Origin: Promethearchaeota archaeon Loki_b32
Lineage (GTDB): Archaea; Asgardarchaeota; Lokiarchaeia; Sigyniarchaeales; SOKP01
NCBI GenBank assembly: GCA_005223125.1
Contig: NJBH01000005.1
Location: 1 to 64,000, forward strand
Direction: 5' to 3'
DNA length: 64,000 nucleotides
This document shows, one piece after another, positions 29,217-38,959 of this stretch; position 1 is the stretch's first letter, and each line of letters opens with the position of its first letter. The notes under the pieces were generated by a model. The model made no database searches. It was given only the letters and a program-made list of their open reading frames with translations, and was not told the origin of the DNA. Position numbers and translations under genes: made by a program.

Positions 29217-31133
29217 ATGGGAATCATAAATTATCCTCCAGAAAAGATCTATAGCCCTTCCAAGTTGAAAAGGCCGGACTATGACCATATTATTCTCTGG
29301 ATGTTGAATAATAATGATTATTGTAAGTGGGCTGACTTTCGTCAAGAAGCGATTGAAATTCCTACAGGTACATTATCTAGGCATTTAGATACATTAAAAC
29401 GTAAGAGCTTTATAGAAAATTTTACTAGAGGGCATTACAGAATTACTTCAGAGGGAAAAAAGAAATTTCATGAACTATCAAGTGCGAAGAAAAAGACACG
29501 TAACCTAAATTATCCTCCTAAAATCATCTTAAAAAGTGGAAGAGAATACGCTCACTGGATTCTTTGGATGGTTTACAATAATAACTATTGCAAAAGGTCT
29601 GACTTCCTTGAAGATCCATTATCTATAAATCAATCTTCATTGTCAAAGAATTTGAGTTTGTTAATAGAAAGGGGATTTATAAAAAAAGAGGATGGGAAAT
29701 ATGTAATTACCCTAGCAGGTAAATCAGAATATTCAAGGATGCTTCAAAATTATGATTTAGATAGACAAACTATTTTAGAAGAGGAAGGTAAACGAATTGA
29801 AGAGATTACTAAAAAAACTATTAAATTTTTCGAGAGATTTAGAATAGAAGAGAAAGATATTCAATTTAGATTTCTCAACAATATATTAAAATTAGATTAT
29901 GAAAAAGTAAAACCATTATTAAAAGATGAGGAGCCTTTTCATAAAATCTTACTTTTTCTTTCAATTAATCATCCGGATCAATATCCAAGCTTTATTTCCT
30001 CTGAAGATTTTTCCAAAATCTATAAAATTAAGAAAACTACGCTTGACTATTATATTGATGAGATTTCAGAAGGCAAAATATATCCATTACGATTTTTTAA
30101 GTTAACACACCCCTCAGGTGAGCTATATTACTTTCAATCAGATGGAAGACTAGAAAGTATACTTCGGGTAATTACAGAGAATCAAATCAATAAAGTCAGT
30201 TATTTGAATAAACTTTTTTCAAAGCCAACAGCAAAAGTGCTAACAATAGATATGAAATCCATTATAAATGATATCACAGATAAGAGTTGTGAATTCTTGT
30301 TTAATAAGGATTTAAACGCGTCATTAAGAGAATTTTTACCAGAATATATTAAATATCTAGCTTATAAAATTGAGACTAAAAAGAAATTAAAAGAAACTTA
30401 TGATAAATTAGAGGGAATTATCTGGCAAAACATAACAGATATTGTTCAATCACAAATCTCTGAAAATTTAGAAAATCAATATGAAGAACAAATAGAAGGG
30501 ATTGATAAAGAAATTGAATTAAACCCAGAAAATCTTAACTTATATTATTCGAAGATTAGAATTCTGATTTATTTTAACCAATACCAAGAAACAATAAAAT
30601 TCTTAGATGAAATGTTTGAAATTTTTCCTGAAAGTGAAAAAGATATTAAAATATTAGAAGCAGCTGTTTTTAGAAGAATGCAAAAATTTAAAGAGGGATT
30701 CGAAATTATCGAGTCTTTAATTGAAAAATATCCTGAAGACAATGATCTTCTTAGTTATAAAGCCTATTGGCTACAATTTTTAGATAAAAAAGAAGAAGCA
30801 ATAGAAATAATTCAAAAACTCACAAAAGATGAACCCGATAATGGAATTTATCATGACACTTTTGGTGAAGTTTTAATGTATTTTGAAGATTATGAAGAAG
30901 CGGCTAAGAAATTTGTAAAGTCAATGGTTTTAGGAGCCCATGAATGGTATATTTTCCAGACTTATATCAAATTAGGAATTTGTTATAAAGCAATTGGGAA
31001 TCTTGATTTAGCAGTCGAAAACCTCAAGAAAGGGATAGAACTAACAAAGAAAAATTTAATCGATACTGAAACAAAACATAAATGGCTTTCGATAGCTAAT
31101 CTTTTTCTTGCTGAAATAGAACAATTTCTCTAA
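29217..31133 (+). CDS. Tandem winged-HTH plus C-terminal TPR protein
   Basis: Full-length paralog of 20702 (shared SINQSSLSKNL, YDLDRQ.ILEEEGKRI, QTYIKLGICYK). Confidence 0.85.
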   Translation: MGIINYPPEKIYSPSKLKRPDYDHIILWMLNNNDYCKWADFRQEAIEIPTGTLSRHLDTLKRKSFIENFTRGHYRITSEGKKKFHELSSAKKKTRNLNYPPKIILKSGREYAHWILWMVYNNNYCKRSDFLEDPLSINQSSLSKNLSLLIERGFIKKEDGKYVITLAGKSEYSRMLQNYDLDRQTILEEEGKRIEEITKKTIKFFERFRIEEKDIQFRFLNNILKLDYEKVKPLLKDEEPFHKILLFLSINHPDQYPSFISSEDFSKIYKIKKTTLDYYIDEISEGKIYPLRFFKLTHPSGELYYFQSDGRLESILRVITENQINKVSYLNKLFSKPTAKVLTIDMKSIINDITDKSCEFLFNKDLNASLREFLPEYIKYLAYKIETKKKLKETYDKLEGIIWQNITDIVQSQISENLENQYEEQIEGIDKEIELNPENLNLYYSKIRILIYFNQYQETIKFLDEMFEIFPESEKDIKILEAAVFRRMQKFKEGFEIIESLIEKYPEDNDLLSYKAYWLQFLDKKEEAIEIIQKLTKDEPDNGIYHDTFGEVLMYFEDYEEAAKKFVKSMVLGAHEWYIFQTYIKLGICYKAIGNLDLAVENLKKGIELTKKNLIDTETKHKWLSIANLFLAEIEQFL

Positions 31134-31224
31134 GTTTTTAATAAAAAATCAGGATTTAATCTTTAAATTTATAGGAATAACTAAAAGAATATTAGAAAGA
31201 ATCACTATTGATTATTTGTAAAAC

Positions 31225-31629
31225 ATGTCAAATAATATAAAATATGCTGAAATTTGGTTCAAACAAGCTAAATATGATTTAGAAGCAGCTCTGGTAAGTA
31301 AAGAAAATGGTAGTTATGAGTGGGCATGTTTTCAAGCACAACAGTCAGCCGAAAAGGCTCTAAAAGCGTTTCTTTTCTTAAATAGAAAAAGAAATGTTAT
31401 TTTACATTCAATAAGAAAACTTATTGAAGAATGTGGGGCAATCAATAAGGAATTTTTTAAATTAAAAAAAGCAAAAGTATTAGATCAATATTATATCCCT
31501 ACACGATATCCAAATGGACTTCCTGATGAAGTTCCTCATGAATTTTATATGTTGGAGGATGCAGATTTATGTGTAAAATATGCTCAGAAGATTATTCAAT
31601 TAGTAGCAACGATATTAAAGAAAGTTTGA
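31225..31629 (+). CDS. HEPN domain protein (toxin of a HEPN-MNT pair)
   Basis: W..QAKYDL..A, YEWACFQAQQSAEKALKA, LDQYYIPTRYP. Confidence 0.92.
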   Translation: MSNNIKYAEIWFKQAKYDLEAALVSKENGSYEWACFQAQQSAEKALKAFLFLNRKRNVILHSIRKLIEECGAINKEFFKLKKAKVLDQYYIPTRYPNGLPDEVPHEFYMLEDADLCVKYAQKIIQLVATILKKV

Positions 31630-31913
31630 AAACTTTTATACACGCAGTGGCAAATGAATTTGAAATAGAGAAAATTATTCTATTTGGAAGTTATGCTAGA
31701 GGAGATTATCATGAAAATAGTGATATAGATTTAATTATTGTAGGCAACTTTGAGGAAAGATTTTTTGATAGAATTGGAAATATTCTTGAATTAGTTCCAA
31801 ATAATCTAAACATTGAACCACTTGTGTATACAAATGAAGAATTTGATAAAATGAGTGAAAATGGAAATCCTTTCCTTTTAACCGTAATTTCTGAAGGATT
31901 GAACTTGTTATAA
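31626..31913 (+). CDS. Minimal nucleotidyltransferase (MNT antitoxin)
   Basis: LFGSYARGDYHENSDIDLIIV (GSx10DxD). TTG 31626 overlaps the HEPN stop (TTGA). Confidence 0.92.
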   Translation: MKTFIHAVANEFEIEKIILFGSYARGDYHENSDIDLIIVGNFEERFFDRIGNILELVPNNLNIEPLVYTNEEFDKMSENGNPFLLTVISEGLNLL

Positions 31914-31984
31914 TAATAATTGATCTTTAGAGTATGGATGCAAGAAATATAGTTAAAATCAGTTGAGTTAAAAATTCTTCTTTC

Positions 31985-33208
31985 CTAGATTCTTTCTACT
32001 AAGATTGAAAGAATATTATTCCCAAATCCTCCAAAGTTGCATGTTATCCCCGTTTCAGCACCATCAACTTGTCTTTTTCCAGCTTCACCTCTTAATTGCC
32101 AAACCAACTCTACAACTTGAGCTACACCCGTAGCGCCTAAAGGGTGACCCCGTGCTTTTAAGCCTCCAGAAGGATTTATTGGGATTTTACCTCCAATTTC
32201 AGTTAAACCTTCATGAGCAGCTTTAGCACCTTCTCCTTTCTTAAAAAATCCAATGTCTTCTGATTGGACGGCTTCGAGAATTTCAAATGCATCATGTAAT
32301 TCAGCAACATCTATGTCGTTTGGAGTTTTCTTCGCCATTTTATATGCTTGCTCTGAGCAAATTCTTAAAGCTTTAAGAATGGTAATATCTTCACGCTCAT
32401 ATACTATGTGAGTATCTGTAGCCTGCCCAATACCTGAAATTAGGATGGGTGCTTCGCTGTATTCCTTCGCTTTATCAGCATTACATAAAATTAAAGCAGC
32501 AGCTCCATCTGAAATTGGGCAAATATGAAAAAGTCTTAAAGGGTCTGCTATTATTGGATTGGTTTTATCATCCTTAAGGAAATCATAAACATCATCCCAA
32601 TTCCCTTTACCTTTTTGAATGGCACTCTTCATAAAATCTTCAATAGTTCTTTGAAAATGCGCTTTTGGATTTAATGCTCCATTATAATGATTTTTAATCG
32701 CAATGTCTGAAATCCATTTTAGTTTCGCATCATATTTTTCAAGATAAGCACGAGTAAGCAAGCCTGCTAATGATGGTAGTGAAACTCCATGGCGTCTTTC
32801 TGCTTCTGGATGAGTTAAAGTAGCTACATTAGAAGTAACATAACCAGGTGTGGTAATATGAGTCATTTTTTCACCTCCGACAACTAATACTAAATCACTC
32901 ATTCCAGAAGTAATTGCTTGAAACCCGGCTTTAACTGCTGATCCACCACTCGCAGGACCATTCTTAATATGATCAGCGGCAGCAGGTAATAAGCTTAATT
33001 TGTCTACAAGAGCACTAGCAATCCCCGAAAGTTGATTAAAAGCTCCTGGACTCATTGCTCCCACATAAACAGAATCGAAATCTTTATTAGTTGTATTAGA
33101 ATCTTCTATAGCTTCTAAAGATGCTTCACACAAGAGATCCATTAAGCCTTTATCGTTTAATCTACCAAATTTTGTATGACCCACTCCAACAATGGCTACT
33201 TTCTTCAT
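31985..33208 (-). CDS. SCP2-type thiolase-fold protein lacking the nucleophilic Cys
   Basis: VAIVGVGHTKFG, PISDGAAA, ELHDAF, NPSGGLKARGHPLGATG. The CxSG motif reads GPASGG. Confidence 0.9.
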   Translation of the reverse strand: MKKVAIVGVGHTKFGRLNDKGLMDLLCEASLEAIEDSNTTNKDFDSVYVGAMSPGAFNQLSGIASALVDKLSLLPAAADHIKNGPASGGSAVKAGFQAITSGMSDLVLVVGGEKMTHITTPGYVTSNVATLTHPEAERRHGVSLPSLAGLLTRAYLEKYDAKLKWISDIAIKNHYNGALNPKAHFQRTIEDFMKSAIQKGKGNWDDVYDFLKDDKTNPIIADPLRLFHICPISDGAAALILCNADKAKEYSEAPILISGIGQATDTHIVYEREDITILKALRICSEQAYKMAKKTPNDIDVAELHDAFEILEAVQSEDIGFFKKGEGAKAAHEGLTEIGGKIPINPSGGLKARGHPLGATGVAQVVELVWQLRGEAGKRQVDGAETGITCNFGGFGNNILSILVERI

Positions 33209-33418
33209 TATAATCTCAATCTTTTATCAATAATAAAAAAAGAATAATAGTAATTTTGGATATTCAATCACTGATTCTTTTATGAATATTCTCTAATACT
33301 GTTTGTTTATAAAACCATATGTAATTTTACTAATTAATTTTATTTATAATTCTAATATGTACATATATGGAACAATTTAAAAATTAACAGAGAAATTAAA
33401 TTAGAGAGGAATAATATC

Positions 33419-34318
33419 TTGCTAAAGGGAATCCATTTTTTATTAACCTATGCCTGTAATTATACATGTGATCATTGTTTTTTATATTGTAACCCAAACT
33501 CAAAAGGAACGTTTACTCTGGCTCAAATAAGAAAGGTTCTTGATGAAGCGAAAAAGATTGGAACAGTTGAATGGATATTTTTTGAAGGAGGTGAACCTTT
33601 TCTCTATTATCCTATAATGGTAGAGGGGCTTAGATTAGCAAATGAATTAGGTTTTAAAACAGGTTTAGTCTCTAATTCATATTGGGCAACAAGTGTGGAA
33701 GATGCGGAAATTTGGCTTAAACCTATTTCTGAAATTGGAATTTCAGATTTTAGCATAAGTAATGATACTTTTCATTACGATGATGAACAATTAAATTTAG
33801 CTAAGAGAGCTGAGAAAGCAGCGAAAAATTTAGATTTGCCTTTATTCTCGATTTGCATTGAAGAGCCAAAGGTAAAAATTGATAAAAAGTATGAAAAGGG
33901 AGAACCCGTAATTGGAGGAGGAGTAAAGTTTAGAGGAAGAGCTGTTGCAACTTTAATTGAAGGTTTACCTCGAAGATCATGGGAGGAAATGAACGAGTGT
34001 CCATATGAAGATTTAGAAGATCTTGGAAGAGTTCATATAGATTCATTTGGGAACGTTCATATTTGCCAAGGATTAAGTCTTGGAAATATGCGGCAAACCC
34101 CTCTCTCAGATTTAATTAAGAAGTATGATGCAAATACTCACCCAATTTGTGGGCCTTTAATTCGAGGTGGGCCTGCTCAATTAATTAAAGAATATGGAGT
34201 AGAGCATGAGGATAAATATGTTGATGAGTGCCATCTTTGTTATCATGCAAGAATTAAGCTTTTAGATAAATTTCCACAATGTCTTGCTCCTAAGCAAGTT
34301 TATGGTTTAGAGGAATAA
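33419..34318 (+). CDS. Radical SAM protein
   Basis: CNYTCDHC, EGGEPF, C-terminal twitch-like IDSFGNVHICQG..LGN, and further CHLC. Confidence 0.92.
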   Translation: MLKGIHFLLTYACNYTCDHCFLYCNPNSKGTFTLAQIRKVLDEAKKIGTVEWIFFEGGEPFLYYPIMVEGLRLANELGFKTGLVSNSYWATSVEDAEIWLKPISEIGISDFSISNDTFHYDDEQLNLAKRAEKAAKNLDLPLFSICIEEPKVKIDKKYEKGEPVIGGGVKFRGRAVATLIEGLPRRSWEEMNECPYEDLEDLGRVHIDSFGNVHICQGLSLGNMRQTPLSDLIKKYDANTHPICGPLIRGGPAQLIKEYGVEHEDKYVDECHLCYHARIKLLDKFPQCLAPKQVYGLEE

Positions 34319-34411
34319 ATAGGAATTATTTTCTAAATTATAGTTCATCCATAGGATATGTTAATATATTAATGGATTAATAGACCAATCATTAAATACA
34401 ACTTATTTTGT

Positions 34412-37400
34412 ATGTATAAATATAAGGGGAAGGCACAATCATATCTTCTCTCTTTTTATCTGAATTTTAAGTGGGTAAAAATGTTTGAGGTAGGGGTATT
34501 TACTGATCCTTTGGAAGAAAAATTTAAATTGATAACAGAAAATGTAAATGAACTAATTTCAATTGTAAATAAAGATTATATCATTGAATTCATAAACATG
34601 GTTCCTCATTTAAATGTGTTAGGTTATAATGAGGAAGATTTAAAAGGAAAATCTTGGTTAAAGTTAGTTCATCCTAAAGATCTTAAAAAAGTTAAAAATA
34701 ATTTGAAATTGGATTCTGAACATATGCATTTAATTAGAGAAATAAGGTTAATTGATAAAAAGGGAAATTTTAAAAAATTTAAATTTGATGTTAGAGCATT
34801 TGTAGATAATAGTAATACTAATAAATTTATAATAATCTTAAGTAATATCACTAAACTTATAGATAAAAGAGAAACAGAGCAACAGTTAAAAGAATCAGAA
34901 GAAAAGTTCAGAACTATTACAGAACAATCATTAATGGGTATTATAATCTTACAGAACAGTAAAATCCAATATATAAATAAAACAGCAGCTCATATGGTTG
35001 ATTATACACCTAATGAAATTTTAAATTTTCCTTCTAGAGGTTATATTAATTTAATATATCATGCAGATAGAAAAATGGTAATAAAACAAGCTAAAAAGAG
35101 GCAAAGGGGAATTAAAACCAAAATTACTGGATATGAATGTCGATGTCTAAAAAAGAATGGAGATCTTATTTGGCTTCAAATTTATTCAAAAACAATAACA
35201 TATCATGGAAAATTCGCAGATTTAATTACAGTAATTGATATTACTGATAAGAAAAAAGCAGAGATCAAATCAAAAGAGTCTGAGCAAACTTTAAGGTATC
35301 TACTTTCATCCAATCCAATTGTAATCTATACATCTCGGATTACTGAAGTTCGGGTGTTCACCTTTGTAAGCGAAAATGTTAGAGATATGACTGGTTACTC
35401 TCCAGAGGATTTCATAAAGAAATCACATTTTTGGAATTTAAAAATCCATCCAGAAGATAAGGATAGGATCCAATCACAATTAAGAAATTTATCTAAAAAA
35501 GATAATTTAGGTCTAGAATATCGATTTAGATTTAAGGATGGGATTTATCATTGGATTCAAGATGAGTTTAAAATTGTAAAAGATAAGAAAGGACTCCTCT
35601 TAGAAACAATTGGCTCTTGGGTAGATGTCTCTGTAAATAAAAATATTGAAGAAAAAGTGAAGTTTCAAGCTAAACTTGTTGAGACAATCTCAGATGCAAT
35701 AATTTCTACAGATTTAAAGTTTAATATTATTACATGGAATAAAGCAGCCGAATCAATTTATGGTTGGAAAGCAGAAGAAGTAAAGAGAAAAAATATTAGT
35801 GATGTTATTCCGATTGAATATCCATACGATGACCAAGATATTGTGTTAAAGGAGTTTTTTGAAATAGGAAAATGGAAAGGGGAGGTAATTCAACCACGGA
35901 AAAATGGTAATTTAATTAATATTTTAACTTCAATTTCCATGATTAAAGGCAATAATGGTAAACCCATTGGAGTTGTAGCAATTAATCGTAACATCACTGA
36001 ACGTAAGAAAGCTGAGCAAGAATTAAAAGAATCGGAAATGAAATATCGAGATTTATTTGAAAATTCTCCAATTGCATTATTTGAACAAGATTTTTCTGAA
36101 TTAAAAACTTATTTAGATGATTTGAGAGCTTCAGGAGTAAGTGATTTTGAAAAATATTTAGACGAGAATCCTGAAGAAATTATGAATTTCACCTCTATGA
36201 TCAAGTTAATTGATATAAATAGAAAAACAGTGGAGCTATACAATGTTAATAGTAAAGATGATTTCATTAAATGGAAATGCAAAATAGAAAAAAGATTATT
36301 TCAAGAAGACATGACTCCAGAAGTACTTTTAACAAATAAGCAAGAGTTATTATCTTTAATCCATGGAGAAACTACGTTCGAATCAGAAGTTGTCACTAAA
36401 ACCTTCACAGGTGAAAAAATTTATGTCTATATGAAAACATTGATTATTCCTGGATATGAAAAAACTTGGTCAAAAGTTATTGTGTCTCTCTTAAATATAA
36501 GCGATCGAATTAAAACGGAGCTAAAGTTAAAAGAATCAGAGGAAAAATTCAGAACAATTGCAGAACAATCTTCATTAGGGATGATTATTCAGCAAGATGG
36601 CTTTATTAAATTTGCGAATTCAGCTGTTTCAGATATTATTGAGTATCCATTGGAAGAAATTCATAAATGGACTGCAGAAGAGACTCTACAATTCGTATAT
36701 AAAGAAGATTTGCCACTAATAATTGATAAATTAAAACAAAGACAGGAGGGTGATTTTGAGTCTATAAATCAATATGAATGCAGAGCAATTACAAAATCAG
36801 GTAAAATTAAATGGATAAACGTCTATACAAAACCTATTATTTATCAAGGGAAGAATGCAGTTTTATCAACATTTATAGATATCACAGAGAAAAAGAAAGT
36901 AGAAGAAGAACTAAAAGATGTAAGTCGATTAAAATCAGATTTAATAAGTAGGACATCTCATGAATTAAAAACACCTTTGGTTTCAATAAAGGGATATGCT
37001 GATTTACTATTAAGCCAACATTATGAAGAACTCGACTTTTATACAATTTCGGTATTACATGAGATTAAACAAGGTTGTTATCGACTAGAATCATTAATAA
37101 AAGATCTTTTAGAGACCTCTGAATTAGAAACTGGAGAGGTAGAATTAAACAAGTTAAAGGATGATCTTGCATTTCTAATCAGGTTTTGTGTGAAAGATTT
37201 AAAGGGATTGATAGAAACGAGAAAACATAATTTAATTTTAGATATACCAGAGAATTTGGTTACATTATTTGAAAAAGAAAGAATCTATGAAGTTGTAATA
37301 AATCTATTAAGCAATGCGATTAAATATACACCGCCAAATGGACGAATCATAATTAACTCTGAAAGTAAGGATAATAACTATATTGTATCGATAAAAGATA

Positions 37401-37624
37401 ATGGAATCGATTTAACAGATGAAGAAAAAGAGAAGATCTTCAAAAAATTTGGAAAGATTGAACGATATGGTAAAGGTTTGGATGTTGTGTCCGAAGGTTC
37501 AGGTCTAGGTCTCTATATTTCAATGAAGATAATAGAACTCCACGGAGGTCATATATGGGTTGAATCAAAAGGGAGAGATAAAGGTGCTACATTTTCCTTC
37601 TCCTTACCAATTTTAAGTGAATGA
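34412..37624 (+). CDS. Cytoplasmic multi-PAS sensor histidine kinase
   Basis: About 6 PAS/PAC repeats (LKESEEKFRT, DITE.KK), H-box SHELKTPL, N-box NLLSNAIKY, DNG, GSGLGL. Exact start uncertain. Confidence 0.93.
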   Translation: MYKYKGKAQSYLLSFYLNFKWVKMFEVGVFTDPLEEKFKLITENVNELISIVNKDYIIEFINMVPHLNVLGYNEEDLKGKSWLKLVHPKDLKKVKNNLKLDSEHMHLIREIRLIDKKGNFKKFKFDVRAFVDNSNTNKFIIILSNITKLIDKRETEQQLKESEEKFRTITEQSLMGIIILQNSKIQYINKTAAHMVDYTPNEILNFPSRGYINLIYHADRKMVIKQAKKRQRGIKTKITGYECRCLKKNGDLIWLQIYSKTITYHGKFADLITVIDITDKKKAEIKSKESEQTLRYLLSSNPIVIYTSRITEVRVFTFVSENVRDMTGYSPEDFIKKSHFWNLKIHPEDKDRIQSQLRNLSKKDNLGLEYRFRFKDGIYHWIQDEFKIVKDKKGLLLETIGSWVDVSVNKNIEEKVKFQAKLVETISDAIISTDLKFNIITWNKAAESIYGWKAEEVKRKNISDVIPIEYPYDDQDIVLKEFFEIGKWKGEVIQPRKNGNLINILTSISMIKGNNGKPIGVVAINRNITERKKAEQELKESEMKYRDLFENSPIALFEQDFSELKTYLDDLRASGVSDFEKYLDENPEEIMNFTSMIKLIDINRKTVELYNVNSKDDFIKWKCKIEKRLFQEDMTPEVLLTNKQELLSLIHGETTFESEVVTKTFTGEKIYVYMKTLIIPGYEKTWSKVIVSLLNISDRIKTELKLKESEEKFRTIAEQSSLGMIIQQDGFIKFANSAVSDIIEYPLEEIHKWTAEETLQFVYKEDLPLIIDKLKQRQEGDFESINQYECRAITKSGKIKWINVYTKPIIYQGKNAVLSTFIDITEKKKVEEELKDVSRLKSDLISRTSHELKTPLVSIKGYADLLLSQHYEELDFYTISVLHEIKQGCYRLESLIKDLLETSELETGEVELNKLKDDLAFLIRFCVKDLKGLIETRKHNLILDIPENLVTLFEKERIYEVVINLLSNAIKYTPPNGRIIINSESKDNNYIVSIKDNGIDLTDEEKEKIFKKFGKIERYGKGLDVVSEGSGLGLYISMKIIELHGGHIWVESKGRDKGATFSFSLPILSE

Positions 37625-37748
37625 ATTAGCTAATTCTTTATATTTTTTATTTAAGCTTTTTCATTTAAAAGAATTCAAATATTCGAACTTTATTCTTATA
37701 ATATAAATTATATAAATTTCATTTGTTCTCTTTTGAAGGTAGATTACA

Positions 37749-38942
37749 ATTACATACATAGATAAGGAAAAATTACGGACTTTATTTAAATGGTATATGC
37801 AAGAAGTAGGTGATTCTTTAGTTTCAGTTCTTGTTGTAGATAGAGAGGGATTGGTTGTTGATATATTAACAATAGATTCTGATAAATCGGATGAAAAAAA
37901 GTTTATTGGAGCTTTTAGTTCTTTAGTTGAATTGGTACTAAAAAAATTGACTCAAGATTTTGATCTTGGAACTTTTGGTGCCGGGACATTTGATACAGAT
38001 AAATACCGATTTATTTTTTGTGAGTCTGGATCTAGCCATGTTTTAGTTTCCATTCTCAATCATACGACGTTAGTTGATGACGTATTTCCATATACTTATT
38101 TAACTGCTGACAAAGTAGCGAGGATTATAGATGGAGAATTACCAGTTAGCCCTGTGATTCCTAAAATAAAAAGAGATACTGAACTTGAAAAAGTAAAGAG
38201 AAAAATGGAATACTATCAAAGCAAACCTCATTCACAAGAATATGTTTATAAACTTTCTCTAATCGGAGATGGAGGCGTTGGTAAAACTAGCATGGCACAA
38301 AGATACGTTCATGGAATATTTAAAGCAGATTACAAAGCAACAATTGGTACATATATTTCTAAGAAAGAATGCAAATTTAAAGAATTGAATACTTTTGTAA
38401 GATTTATGATATGGGATTTAGCAGGACAAAGTCAATTTGAACGATTATGGCCAGATTATTTGACAGATTCCCGTGCAGGAATCATAGTTTTTGATATAAC
38501 AAACCAAGAATCATTTGACCATGTAAAGATGTGGTATGATATTATCAAACGAGTCGCATTACCTAATATTATATTAATTCTTGTAGGAAATAAAGTGGAT
38601 CTAAATACATCCAGAATTATTTCTACAGAACAAGCTTTAGAATTAGCTAAGGAATTAGGAATCTATTATATGGAGACCTCAACAAAAACAAATGAAAATA
38701 TTGATAACGTGTTTAAGTGGATTGCACTTCAAATCATTAATTTGAATATCGAAGAAGTAAAAGATACATTATTTGATAAACAAATCGAAGAGGGCTCAAA
38801 ATTTGTTATTTCAAGCCCACAATTAACAATTTTGAATCAATATTTCGCTAAGCAACTAGACTTCTGTATAGGAAAAAGTGATACTAAAGAAATCATTAAA
38901 TACTTAGACATTTTAAAAGCAATTGGAAAAAATAAATTATAA
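37749..38942 (+). CDS. Roadblock/MglB-domain fused Rab-like GTPase
   Basis: N-terminal VLVVDREGLVV Roadblock pattern, with a first helix in frame upstream of ATG 37797. C-terminal GDGGVGKT, WDLAGQ, NKVD, TSTK. Confidence 0.88.
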   Translation: MTYIDKEKLRTLFKWYMQEVGDSLVSVLVVDREGLVVDILTIDSDKSDEKKFIGAFSSLVELVLKKLTQDFDLGTFGAGTFDTDKYRFIFCESGSSHVLVSILNHTTLVDDVFPYTYLTADKVARIIDGELPVSPVIPKIKRDTELEKVKRKMEYYQSKPHSQEYVYKLSLIGDGGVGKTSMAQRYVHGIFKADYKATIGTYISKKECKFKELNTFVRFMIWDLAGQSQFERLWPDYLTDSRAGIIVFDITNQESFDHVKMWYDIIKRVALPNIILILVGNKVDLNTSRIISTEQALELAKELGIYYMETSTKTNENIDNVFKWIALQIINLNIEEVKDTLFDKQIEEGSKFVISSPQLTILNQYFAKQLDFCIGKSDTKEIIKYLDILKAIGKNKL

Positions 38943-38959
38943 AAAATTCTGGAATTAAA

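Noticed and set aside
31225-31913. HEPN-MNT pair as a novel defence system
   Set aside because: It is a common, well-described archaeal toxin-antitoxin module with no additional defence genes nearby.
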